From assembly GCA_964016885.1 (NCBI GenBank), contig OZ024740.1, forward strand, positions 436,108,001 to 436,172,000: 64,000 nucleotides of DNA. Reading direction: 5' to 3'. Source of the DNA: Eledone cirrhosa (Eukaryota). The position numbers were made by a program, and so were the translations under genes. Shown here piece after piece: positions 13,001 to 24,375 of this stretch (position 1 is the first letter of the stretch; the number at the start of each line of letters is the position of its first letter). The notes below the pieces were generated by a model. It saw nothing but the letters and a program-made list of their open reading frames with translations. It had not been told where the DNA came from and did not search any database.

Positions 13001-16000
13001 CTGTATGTATGTCTTACTCTGTATGTATGTCTTACTCTGTGTGTATGTCTTACTCTGTATGTATGTCTTACTCTGTGCGTATGTCTTACTCTGTGTGTAT
13101 GTCTTACTCTGTGTGTATGTCTTACTCTGTATGTATGTCTTACTCTGTGTGTATGTCTTACTCTGTGTGTATGTCTTACTGTATGTATGTTTTACTCTGC
13201 ATGTATGTCTTACTCTGTGCGTATGTCGTACTCTGTATGTATGTCTTACTGTGTGTATGTCTTACTGTGTGTATGTCTTACTCTGTATGTATGTCTTACT
13301 GTATGTATGTTTTACTCTGCATGTATGTCTTACTCTGTATGTATGTCTTACTCTGTATGTATGTCTTACTGTGTGTATGTCTTACTCTGTATGTATGTCT
13401 TACTCTGTATGTATGTCTTACTCTGTGTGTATGTCTTACTCTGTGTGTATGTCTTACTCTGTATGTATGTCTTACTCTGTATGTATGTCTTACTCTGTGT
13501 GTATGTCTTACTCTGCATGTATGTCTTACTCTGTATGTATGTCTTACTCTGTATGTATGTCTTACTCTGTGTGTATGTCTTACTCTGTATGTATGTTTTA
13601 CTCTGTATGTATGTCTTACTCTGCATGTATGTCTTACTCTGTATGTATATCTTACTCTGCATGTATGTCTTACTCTGTGTGTATGTCTTACTCTGTATGT
13701 ATGTCTTACTCTGTGTATATGTCTTACTCTGTATGTATGTCTTACTCTGTATGTATGTCTTACTCTGTGTGTATGTCTTACTCTGTGTGTATGTCTTACT
13801 CTGTGTGTATGTCTTACTTTGTATGTATGTCTTACTCTGTATGTATGTATTACTCTGTATGTATGTCTTACTCTGTGTGTATGTCTTACTCAGTGTGTAT
13901 GTCTTACTCTGTATGTATGTCTTACTCTGTATGTATGTCTTACTCTGTATGTATGTCTTACTGTATGTATGTTTTACTCTGCATGTATGTCTTACTCTGT
14001 GTGTATGTCGTATTCTGTATGTATGTCTTACTGTGTGTATGTCTTACTGTGTGTATGTCTTACTCTGTATGTATGTCTTACTCTGTATGTATGTCTTACT
14101 CTGTGTGTATGTCTTACTCTGTGTGTATGTCTTACTCTGTATGTATGTCTTACTCTGTATATATGTCTTACTCTGTGTGTATGTCTTACTTTGTATGTAT
14201 GTCTTACTCTGTATGTATGTCTTACTCTGCATGTATGTCTTACTCTGTATGTATATCTTACTCTGTATGTATGTCTTACTCTGTATGTATGTCTTACTCT
14301 GCATGTATGTCTTACTCTGTATGTATATCTTACTCTGCATGTATGTCTTACTCTGTGTGTATGTCTTACTCTGTATATATATCTTACTCTGCATGTATGT
14401 CTTACTCTGTGTGTATGTCTTACTCTGTGTGTATGTCTTACTCTGTGTGTATGTCTTACTCTGTGTGTATGTCTTACTCTGTGTGTATGTCTTACTCTGT
14501 GTGTATGTCTTACTCTGTATGTATGTCTTACTCTGTGTGTATGTCTTACTCTGCATGTATGTCTTACTCTGCATGCATGTCTTACTCTGTATGTATGTCT
14601 TACTCTGTATGTATGTTTTACTCTGTATGTATGTCTTACTCTGCATGTATGTCTTACTCTGTATGTATATCTTACTCTGCATGTATGTCTTACTCTGTGT
14701 GTATGTCTTACTCTGTATGTATGTCTTACTCTGTGTATATGTCTTACTCTGTATGTATGTCTTACTCTGTATGTATGTCTTACTCTGTGTGTATGTCTTA
14801 CTCTGTGTGTATGTCTTACTCTGTGTGTATGTCTTACTTTGTATGTATGTCTTACTCTGTATGTATGTCTTACTCTGTATGTATGTCTTACTCTGTGTGT
14901 ATGTCTTACTCAGTGTGTATGTCTTACTCTGTATGTATGTCTTACTCTGTATGTATGTCTTACTCTGTATGTATGTCTTACTGTATGTATGTTTTACTGT
15001 GTGTATGTCTTACTCTGTATGTATGTCTTACTGTATGTATGTTTTACTCTGCATGTATGTCTTACTCTGTGCGTATGTCGTACTCTGTATGTATGTCTTA
15101 CTGTGTGTATGTCTTACTGTGTGTATGTCTTACTCTGTATGTATGTCTTACTGTATGTATGTTTTACTCTGCATGTATGTCTTACTCTGTATGTATGTCT
15201 TACTCTGTATGTATGTCTTACTGTGTGTATGTCTTACTGTGTGTATGTCTTACTCTGTATGTATGTCTTACTCTGTATGTATGTCTTACTCTGTGTGTAT
15301 GTCTTACTCTGTGTGTATGTCTTACTCTGTATGTATGTCTTACTCTGTATGTATGTCTTACTCTGTGTGTATGTCTTACTTTGTATGTATGTCTTACTCT
15401 GTATGTATGTCTTACTCTGTATGTATGTCTGACTCTGTGTGTATGTCTTACTCTGTATGTATGTCTTACTCTGTATGTATGTCTTATTCTGTCTGTATGT
15501 CTTACTCTGTATGTATGTCTTACTCTGTATGTATGTATTACTCTGTGTGTATGTCTTACTCTGTATGTATGTCTTATTCTGTATGTATGTCTTACTCTGT
15601 GTGTATGTCTTACTCTGTATGTATGTCTTACTGTGTGTATGTCTTACTCTGTATGTATGTCTTACTCTGTATGTATGTCTTACTCTGTATGTATGTCTTA
15701 CTCTGTGTGTATGTCTTACTCTGTGTGTATGTCTTACTCTGTATCTATGTCTTACTCTGTATGTATATCTTACTCTGTATGTATGTCTTTCTCTGTATGT
15801 ATGTCTTACTCTGTATGTATGTCTTACTGTGTGTATGTCTTACTCTGTATGTATGTCTTACTCTGTATGTATGTCTTACTTTGTGTGTATGTCTTACTCT
15901 GCATGTATGTCTTACTCTGTATGTATGTCTTTCTCTGTATGTATGTCTTACTCTGTATGTATGTCTTACTGTGTGTATGTCTTACTCTGTATGTATGTTT

Positions 16001-19000
16001 TACTCTGTATGTATGTCTTACTTTGTGTGTATGTCTTACTCTGTATGTATGTCTTACTCTGAGTGTATGTCTTACTCTGTGTGTATGTCTTACTCTGTAT
16101 GTATGTCTTACTCTGTATGTATGTCTTACTCTGTATGTATGTCTTACTCTGTATGTATGTCTTACTCTGTATGTATGTCTTACTCTGTGTGTATGTCTTA
16201 CTCTGTATGTATGTCTTACTCTGTATGTATGTCTTACTCTGTATGTATGTCTTACTCTGTATGTATGTCTTACTGTGTGTATTTCTTACTGTATGTATAT
16301 CTTACTCTGTGTGTATGTCTTACTCTGTGTGTATGTCTTACTCTGTGTGTATGTCTTACTCTGTATGTATGTCTTACTCTGTGTGTATGTCTTACTCTGC
16401 ATGTATGTCTTACTCTGTATGTATGTCTTACTCTGTATGTATGTCTTACTCTGTGTGTATGTCTTACTCTGTATGTATGTTTTACTCTGTATGTATGTCT
16501 TACTCTGCATGTATGTCTTACTCTGTATGTATATCTTACTCTGCATGTATGTCTTACTCTGTATGTATGTCTTACTCTGTGTATATGTCTTACTCTGTAT
16601 GTATGTCTTACTCTGTATGTATGTCTTACTCTGTGTGTATGTCTTACTCTGTGTGTATGTCTTACTCTGTGTGTATGTCTTACTTTGTATGTATGTCTTA
16701 CTCTGTATGTATGTCTTACTCTGTATGTATGTCTTACTCTGTGTGTATGTCTTACTCAGTGTGTATGTCTTACTCTGTATGTATGTCCTACTCTGTATGT
16801 ATGTCTTACTCTGTGTGTATGTCTAACTCTGTATGTATGTCTTACTCTGTATGTATGTGTTACTCTGTGTGTATGTCTTACTCTGTATGTATGTCTTACT
16901 CTGTATGTATGTCTTACTCTGCATGTATGTCTTACTCTGTATATATGTCTTACTCTGTATGTATGTCTTACTCTGCATGTATGTCTTACTCTGCATGTAT
17001 GTCTTACTCTGTGGGTATGTCTTACTCTGTATGTATGTCTTGCTCTGTGTGTATGTCTTACTCTGTGTGTATGTCTTTCTCTGTATGTATGTCTTACTCT
17101 GTATGTATGTCTTACTCTGTATGTATGTCTTACTCTGTATGTATGTCCTACTCTGTATGTATGTCTTACTCTGTATGTATGTCTTACTCTGTATGTATGT
17201 CTTACTCTGTATATATGTCTTACTGTGTGTATGTCTTACTCTGTATGTATGTCTTACTGTGTGTATGTCTTACTCTGTATGTATGTCTTACTGTGTGTAA
17301 GTTTTACTCTGCATTTATGTCTTACTCTGTGTGTATGTCTTACTCTGTATGTATGTCTTACTCTGTATGTCTTACTCTGTGTGTATATCTTACTCTGTGT
17401 GTATGTCTTACTCTGTATGTATGTCTTACTCTGTATGTAAGTCTTACTCTGTATGTATGTCTTACTCTGTATGTATGTCTTACTCTGTATGTATGTCTTA
17501 CTCTCTATGTATGTCTTACTCTGTATGTATGTCTTACTCTGTCTGTATGTCGTACTCTGTATGTATGTCTTACTCTGTATGTATGTCTTACTCTGTATGT
17601 ATGTCTTACTCTGTATGTATGTCATACTCTGCATGTATGTCTTACTCTGTGTGTATGTCTTACTCTGTATGTATGTCTTACTCTGTATGTATGTCTTATT
17701 CTGGATGTGTATGTCTTACTCTGTATGTATGTCTTACTCTGTATGTATGTCTTACTCTGTATGTATGTCTTACTCTGTATGTAAGTCTTACTCTGGATGT
17801 GTATGTCTTACTCTGTGTGTATGTCTTACTCTGTATGTATGTCTTATTCTGTATGTATGTCTTACTCTGTGTGTATGTCTTACTCTGTATGTATGTCTTA
17901 CTGTGTATATGTCTTACTCTGTATGTATGTCTTACTCTGTATGTATGTCTTACTCTGTGTGTATGTCTTACTCTGTGTGTATGTCTTACTCTGTATGTAT
18001 GTCTTACTCTGTATGTATGTCTTACTCTGTATATATGTCTTACTCTGTATGTATGTCTTACTCTGTATGTATGTCTTTCTCTGTATGTATGTCTTACTCT
18101 GTATGTATGTCTTACTGTGTGTATATCTTACTCTGTATGTATGTCTTACTCTGTATGTATGTGTTACTTTGTGTGTATGTCTTACTCTGCATGTATGTCT
18201 TACTCTGTGTGTATGTCTTACTCTGTATGTATGTCCTACTTTGTGTGTATGTCTTACTCTGTGTGTATGTCTTACTGTGTGTATGTCTTACTCTGTATGT
18301 ATGTCTTACTCTGTATGTATGTCTTACTCTGTATGTATGTCTTACTGTGTGTATGTCTTACTCTGTATGTATGTCTTACTCTGTATGTATGTCTTACTCT
18401 GTGTGTATGTCTTACTCTGTATGTATGTCTTACTCTGTATGTATGTCTTACTTTGTGTGTATGTCTTACTCTGTGTGTATGTCTTACTCTGTATGTATGT
18501 CTTACTCTGTATGTATGTCTTACTTTGTGTGCATGTCTTACTCTGTATGTATGTCTTACTCTGTGTGTATGTCTTACTCTGTATGTATGTCTTACTCTGT
18601 ATGTATGTCTTACTCTGTGTGTATGTCTTACTCTGTATGTATGTCTGACTCTGTGTGTATGTCTTACTCTGTATGTATGTCTTACTCTGTATGTATGTCT
18701 TACTCTGTGTGTATGTCTTACTCTGTATGTATGTCTTACTCTGTATGTATGTCTTACTCTGTGTGTATGTCTTACTCTGTATGTATGTCTTACTCTGTGT
18801 GTATGTCTTACTCTGTATGTATGTCTTACTTTGTGTGTATGTTTTACTCTGTATGTATGTCTTACTCTGTATGTATGTCTTACTCTGTGTGTATGTCTTA
18901 CTCTGTATGTATGTCTTACTCTGTGTGTATGTCTTACTCTGTGTGTATGTCTTACTCTGTATGTATATGTGGATATGTGTATGTCTTACTCTGTATGTAT

Positions 19001-19268
19001 GTGTGGATATATGTATGTCTTACTCTGTGTGTATGTCTTACTCTGTATGTATGTCTTACTCTGTATGTATGTGTGGATATGTGTATGTCTTACTCTATGT
19101 GTATGTCTTACTCTGTATGTATGTCTTACTCTGTATGTATGTCTTACTCTGTATGTATGTCTTACTCTGTATGTATGTCTTACTCTGTGTGTATGTCTTA
19201 CTCTGTATGTATGTGTGGATCTGTGTATGTCTTACTCTGTATGTATGTAATTTGTATGTCTTACTCTT
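4040..19268. repeat. 18-bp minisatellite (TCTGTATGTATGTCTTAC), about 15.2 kb, roughly 800+ copies, with higher-order duplications
   Basis: Direct 18-nt periodicity with 16-nt deletion variants; rare variants recur at ~3366-nt offsets. Confidence 0.98.
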
Positions 19269-19338
19269 TATGTGTGTAAATGTTTTATTATAACTGGAAT
19301 GTCTAAAAAAAACAATTCCTCTATTTCCCTATTTCTAG

Positions 19339-19482
19339 GAACTACTACCAAATCTTCACATCCATTTCCAAACGCAAGGATTTCACACATCTATGTACGC
19401 ATCCTCGTGGTTCCTGACACTGTTTGCTACATGCTTACCATTATCACTGGCTTGTCGAGTCATGGATCTGTTTATCTCTGAG
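19339..19482 (+). CDS. EVI5: Internal exon of an EVI5-like TBC-domain Rab GTPase-activating protein (ELLPNLHIHFQTQGFHTSMYASSWFLTLFATCLPLSLACRVMDLFISE)
   Basis: Pyrimidine tract plus TAG acceptor (AG 19337-38), GTAAT donor at 19483, 144 nt, phase 0/0. The FHTSMYASSWFLT motif is recognised from EVI5/EVI5L TBC domains. Confidence 0.93.
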
Positions 19483-19497
19483 GTAATATATATATAC

Positions 19498-19800
19498 CAT
19501 CATCACTGTTTTACATCCATTCTTCCATGCTAGCATGGGTTGGACGAGTTGTCCTGTTGTGAACAATGCCAGCTCAGGTGACCATATCTTGCTCATACAG
19601 AACGGTTTCTGGCTTGGTTTCTACAGCAGGATGCCCTTCCTAATGCCAACCACATTTACAGTGTGGACTGGGTGCTTTTTGTCACATCACCTACATGACC
19701 ACTCCTCATGGGAGTGGGTGGTGGGGTGGTACATACTATATATATGCTTCGGCCTGTGCCCGTGGGAAGTCAGGTCTTCTGTATATAGTTCTTCTGTTTC
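19498..19800 (-). mobile_element. RTE LINE 3'-end fragment (diverged)
   Basis: Reverse complement of the RTE 3' UTR at 48030-48440, including CCATGCTAGCATGG and a (CAT)n tail. Confidence 0.75.
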
Positions 19801-20789
19801 TCACACACCACTTGTTAAGACAGTAATTGATAAGATTTTTCAATACAATTTACATATCAACATGGTATGGTGCCGTAACTCCTGATGGAATAGCAAGGGC
19901 ACCATAGTAGCATAGAGAGTGTTCTGGGCATTTTAAAACCTGGCAGAGCCCATCCCCTCTCCTGGTCTGACCACAGCAGATTTCTTCCAGAGATAGAAAG
20001 AAGGTGAGAAAGAGATATAGAGGAAGAATCAACCTTGTTACTTGACTTTTTTCGACTTCCAAAGGATGAACGGCAACATGATCCCTCAAAAGAAGGAAAT
20101 TATAATTCTACATCATCTTTTATGTCCACTTTTCCATGTTGTTACGAGTTGGACAGGATGGTGTTGGGGAATATTTCATAGCTGGACACCCTGAGGACAA
20201 CCCTCTTAATCACATCTTACGACACAAGTATATGATGTATATATTCCACAAACTTTGATACACATTGAAGATAGAAAGGATTAGTGATTCAACAACATTG
20301 TATTAGATGTAATGGCTTTAACACGTGTTAGGTTGTTGGTGTGATCATGCAGGTACAATCTTAACTAAGTAAAGAAGTCGTTCACATTTATTAGGTTCTG
20401 GGTTCAATCTCAGTGTATGGCATCTTGGTCCTGTGTCTTTTACCATAGATTGAAGTCAACCAAAACTTGAGTACAATGGAGGGAATCTTACATTCACTGT
20501 TGAACAGTTTATCAATAACATTTATTGAACTGATCAGTGATCAACAACATTGAGTGTGCCCTGCAGTTGTTTGATCTGCTAGGAATAGTAACTAAATCTC
20601 CCTCCCTTTAAACACGTCTTTAAAAAAAAGGAAGGACATATTAGACAATATAGTCCTTCATACACTATCTAAAAAATAGAACGGGATGTTCATGGTTGGA
20701 AAGTCTTTGCTAGTGATGAGTTGGGTTAAATCAGCAATAATTGGTTAGAAAATACAGAGATTTCATCCACGTGAAATATAATTAATGAA

Positions 20790-21150
20790 CTCTCGGGTCC
20801 CTAATAATATAGGGGGTGGGTGGGGTGGAAATCGGTAATTTTTTTAGGTTGTCTCTGTTGTGTTTTTTTAAAAACCAGAATTAGTCGTTTAGTTTACATA
20901 TTGAGACCCCAACCCATCCTATTTCATATGGGATTTCTAGTAATTAACTTTTTTTGTCATGTATAATGTTTTTTAATGTCTAAAGAAAATTGTCACAGGA
21001 ATGTTACCACTTACAATAAAATTTTGAGATAGATTGGCAAAATTTAATAAGGAGGGTGGGGGTGGAATAAGAGCGGGGAGGTTGGAAACAATCTGAAAAA
21101 TTAATGGGTGGAGTGGGGGGGGGGGCAGTTATTCGAGACACGCAAGGGAG
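20790..21150. mobile_element. MITE-like element, diverged copy of the 21487-21754 family
   Basis: Left end CTCTCGGGTCCCTAATAA, right end TTATTCGAGAC; shares internal GAGATAGATTGGCAAAATTTAATAAG. Confidence 0.6.
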
Positions 21151-21202
21151 TAATGCTTGAAGAACGAATTATGACTAGAAAAACAATATTACTAGAACAT
21201 GT

Positions 21203-21412
21203 TTAAAGTACCAGTCATGCACTGAGGTCGATTAATCAACTTTTCCTTTCCCTTCAAAATTGTTGACCTTCTGCCTAAGTCAGAAACCATTTCTAGTTTC
21301 AATCCCGCCGGGGTCGATAAAATAAAGTACCAGTCATGCACTGAGGTCGATTTAATCGACTTTCCCCTTCCCTTTAAAACTGTTGATCTTGTACTTAAAT
21401 CAGGAACCATTA
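21203..21412 (+). mobile_element. Two tandem SINE 3'-half fragments
   Basis: AAAGTACCAGTCATGCACTGAGGTCGAT occurs twice; GGGGTCGATAAAATAAAGTACCAG matches the SINE at 34657-34850. Confidence 0.75.
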
Positions 21413-21486
21413 TCGCCGTTACAGGCATGAATTAGACGTGGTTCTCTCCCTTACAACACAACTGAATGATTTCTAAAGTACATCAT

Positions 21487-21754
21487 TACTCTCGGCTCCC
21501 AAATAATAGGGGGGAGGGGGTAATTATATAGTGTACGTTCGTAAATAGGGGATTTCTTGTAATGTTCTTTTTTTGTATTATATATGTTTTTTTATGAATG
21601 TAAGCTATTATATTCCCCAGCTGCTGTTTCAATACGAATCACAATCAAATTTCGCCAGAGATAGATTAGCAAAATTTAATAAGCGGGTGGAGGAGGGTCT
21701 GGGAAATTAATAACTGGGGTGGGGTGGTTGGTGGTTATTCAAGACCTGAGAGTA
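21487..21754. mobile_element. MITE with ~20-bp imperfect terminal inverted repeats and TA flanks (Tc1/mariner/pogo-like)
   Basis: TACTCTCGGCTCCCAAATAA ... TTATTCAAGACCTGAGAGTA; related copies at 20790 and 24171. Confidence 0.7.
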
Positions 21755-21901
21755 CATAGTGTAAAATTTACAAATTAGTGTGTCACCTGAAGACTACTAA
21801 GAATATAATTTTATAGGTGAAATGAAAATGTAAAATAAGTCAGTTTATATAAATATAAATCAGAAAGATATCGATGTCTGTGATGTAAACTCTTCGATTA
21901 C

Positions 21902-21932
<31 letters not shown>

Positions 21933-21948
21933 ATATATATATATATAT

Positions 21949-22413
21949 TCCGACCTCACACACTTACACCTCTCCAAGACAATGTCACTGGACCGAGATC
22001 TTTGGCGCTACACAGTAATACAGAAGACCCGCCTTGCCTAAGTACAAAGCGAAACCTACAGTCAGTAGGCACCTCTAACAAAATACACCCCCACCCCATC
22101 CACACCACCCCTTTAAATGTAAAGTTATGTTGGTACCACAACATCCAGTCCGAAACAAATGAGGTCGTGTAGGTGTCACGACAAAAAAACACAGTCCACG
22201 CTGTAATGTGGCCGTGTAGGTAACACAGTAAAAACCTCCCAGTTCCACACTGTAAATGTGGTTGGTGTTAGGAAGGGCATCCAGCCGTAGAAAACCCGCC
22301 AGACAGTCCTATACGAGCAGGACAACCAATCTTGCCTCAAGTGGGAAAACTCCCGTCCAAACCCATGCTAGCGTGGAAGATGGACATTAAACGATGACGA
22401 TGATGATGATGAT
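21949..22413 (+). mobile_element. RTE LINE 3' portion (ORF end plus 3' UTR plus (GAT)n) inserted in a TA microsatellite
   Basis: Colinear with 47966-48440; flanked by (TA)n. Confidence 0.9.
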
Positions 22414-22608
22414 ATATATATATGGAAACGCCTTGTTGAGTCAAACTTAGCCAAGCGTTGATATCATCTACTACTCGGAGTACCCTAACTGGACTACACC
22501 TAAGTGGACTACCTATAACAATAATCTGTTATCCCGTATATATATATATATATATATATGTCTATATATATATATTTAAAAAAATAGAGGTGTAACACAC
22601 GAGTTATG

Positions 22609-23464
22609 ATATATAGGTAAACGGAAAAGAAAATGCTGACAAATTGTTCACAGTGAAAAATAGTTTAATTAGGAATAAGTGAAAATTAGTAATAGTATTG
22701 GTTAGTATTCAGTTTTGGTTTTAAGTTTTACCGGTTGCGCATTTCTAATGCTTTTCAAAAATAATTTTGAGATAGAGTGTTTGCTCTGATCTGATTAGTT
22801 TTGGAAATTCTACCTGTTTTATGTGAAAGAAGTGGCTCCAGATGTATTAAAATAAGTTTCGCGCCAATTCGTGTTGCAAAAATTCTTGTGGTCAAAACAA
22901 TTTTGATTGGTCGGTAGAGGTCATGTGAATGTTAAAAATTGATTTTGCGCCAAATCATCATCATCATCATCATTTAATGTGTCGGCTGATTGAGAAGTCA
23001 CTGAAAAATAAGTCTTTCAAAACAAATATGTGTGTGTGTGTGTGTAGTAGTAGTAGTAAAGAGGTTCGTTGTTGTGATAATGGTCAGCAGGGATGTGTGT
23101 GCGAACCGCAGCCTGTTGACAGTTCAAATGCCTATTAAGACAAGTGTGTGTGTGTGTGTGTAGCAGAGTAATTCGTGGTAGCCACAAGAATTTTTGCAAC
23201 ACGAATTGGTGCGAAACTTATTTTAATACATCTGGAGCCACTTCTTTCACATAAAACAGGTAGAATTTCCAAAACTAATCAGATCAGAGCAAACACCACG
23301 GGCACTCTATCTCAAAATTATTTTTGAAAAGCATTGGAAATGCGCAACCGGTAAAACTTAAAACTAAAACTGAATACTAACCAATACTATTACTAATTTT
23401 TACTTATTCCTAATTAAACTATTTTTCACTGGGAACAATTTGTCAGCATTTTCTTTTCCGTTTA

Positions 23465-23472
<8 letters not shown>
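22609..23472. repeat. ~280-bp inverted repeat (22609-22891 / 23182-23472), probably inverted Penelope-like pseudo-LTRs
   Basis: Arms are near-identical reverse complements apart from a few substitutions and one small indel. Each contains a hammerhead-like motif, and the outer ends abut TA runs. Confidence 0.85.
23318..23360 (+). ncRNA. Variant minimal type I hammerhead-like motif (UUGAAAA core); mirror copy at 22724-22765 on the - strand
   Basis: TTGAAAA-GCATT-gga-AATGC-GCAA-CCGG-TA: stem II, palindromic stem III and GUA site are present. GCAA instead of GAAA; weak stem I. Confidence 0.45.
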
Positions 23473-23504
<32 letters not shown>

Positions 23505-23507
<3 letters not shown>

Positions 23508-23880
23508 CTTTATTCACAGTTGTATAAATAACATTATAAATTGCCCGTAATTCATCCAGAAGAATATTATAAATATAATGTTGATAAACACAAATAAAAA
23601 CGCATAAAGTGAGAGAGAAAGGAGGGAAGGACAAAAACAAAAACTATCATCAATTCACCACCATGTGAGACAATCGACTGCACAACATATAGGGGTTCAT
23701 GGAACACATTGAGGCAAGCCAATACACTCGCATTGCCACGAGTGATGGCGAGACTAAGGCGCTGGAACAACCAAGTATCCTCACAGGCATCACCTGACAT
23801 CACTGTAAGGCGAGCTGCTAATGATGACAAGAACTTCGCTGTCAGCGACCCAACTCCACCAAACGTCTCAGGCTGGAAAG
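23505..23880 (-). mobile_element. 3' remnant of a CRE-like non-LTR retrotransposon (restriction-like endonuclease C-terminus plus 3' UTR)
   Basis: Minus-strand translation FQPETFGGVG...FLSSLAARL...GD..E..WLFQRLSLAITRGNA resembles the RLE C-terminal motif of CRE/R2-group elements. Confidence 0.7.
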
Positions 23881-24051
23881 ATTCTATTTTTCAGATGACT
23901 CTCATTAAATACCACCATGACTTATCTCCCTTAGATCTTCAGCCATTGTAGTCAACCAATATTTTGGAGATATTTTACCTTCACTTACAATTGGAACTGA
24001 ACAAGAAGGGTGTCAGATTTCAAGTAGTGTGGAAAGGTTTTAACTATGAAT

Positions 24052-24355
24052 CATCATCACAGTTTGATGTACATTTTCCCACAGTAGCATGGGTTTGACG
24101 AGTTGTCCTCTTGTGAGATAAGTCATTTCTGAAGACCATGTCTTGCTCATACAGAACTATAAATCAAAACTACTCTCAGGTCCCCCCTCCCACTTATTAA
24201 ATTTTGCTTATCTATCTCTGACAAAATTATATTGTAAGTGATTCATATTGATACAGCAGCTGGAGAACAATGATAATTTTATTTATTCTAATATAAAGTA
24301 CCAGTAATGCACTGAAAAATTGCTGGCCTTGTGCCTCAAGTAGAAACAATTATTT
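24052..24355. mobile_element. Cluster of fragments: RTE tail (-, ~24052-24157), partial MITE (~24171-24280), SINE tail (+, ~24290-24355)
   Basis: Similarity to copies elsewhere in the window (GCATGGGTT; TACTCTCAGGTC; AAAGTACCAGTAATGCACTG...GGCCTTGTGCC). Confidence 0.65.
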
Positions 24356-24375
24356 CTAAACTAATACAACATTAC

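Noticed and set aside
3983-19293. Very long Cys/Val/Tyr-rich ORFs (up to 4269 aa)
   Set aside because: Open in all three + frames because the 18-mer lacks stops; the peptides swap frames at indels.
19870-20090. Possible degraded L1/Tx1 3' fragment
   Set aside because: Several stops and only vague motif similarity; cannot be supported without a search.
21786-21823. CTGAAGA...GAAA hammerhead-like spacing
   Set aside because: No convincing stem II, stem I or palindromic stem III.
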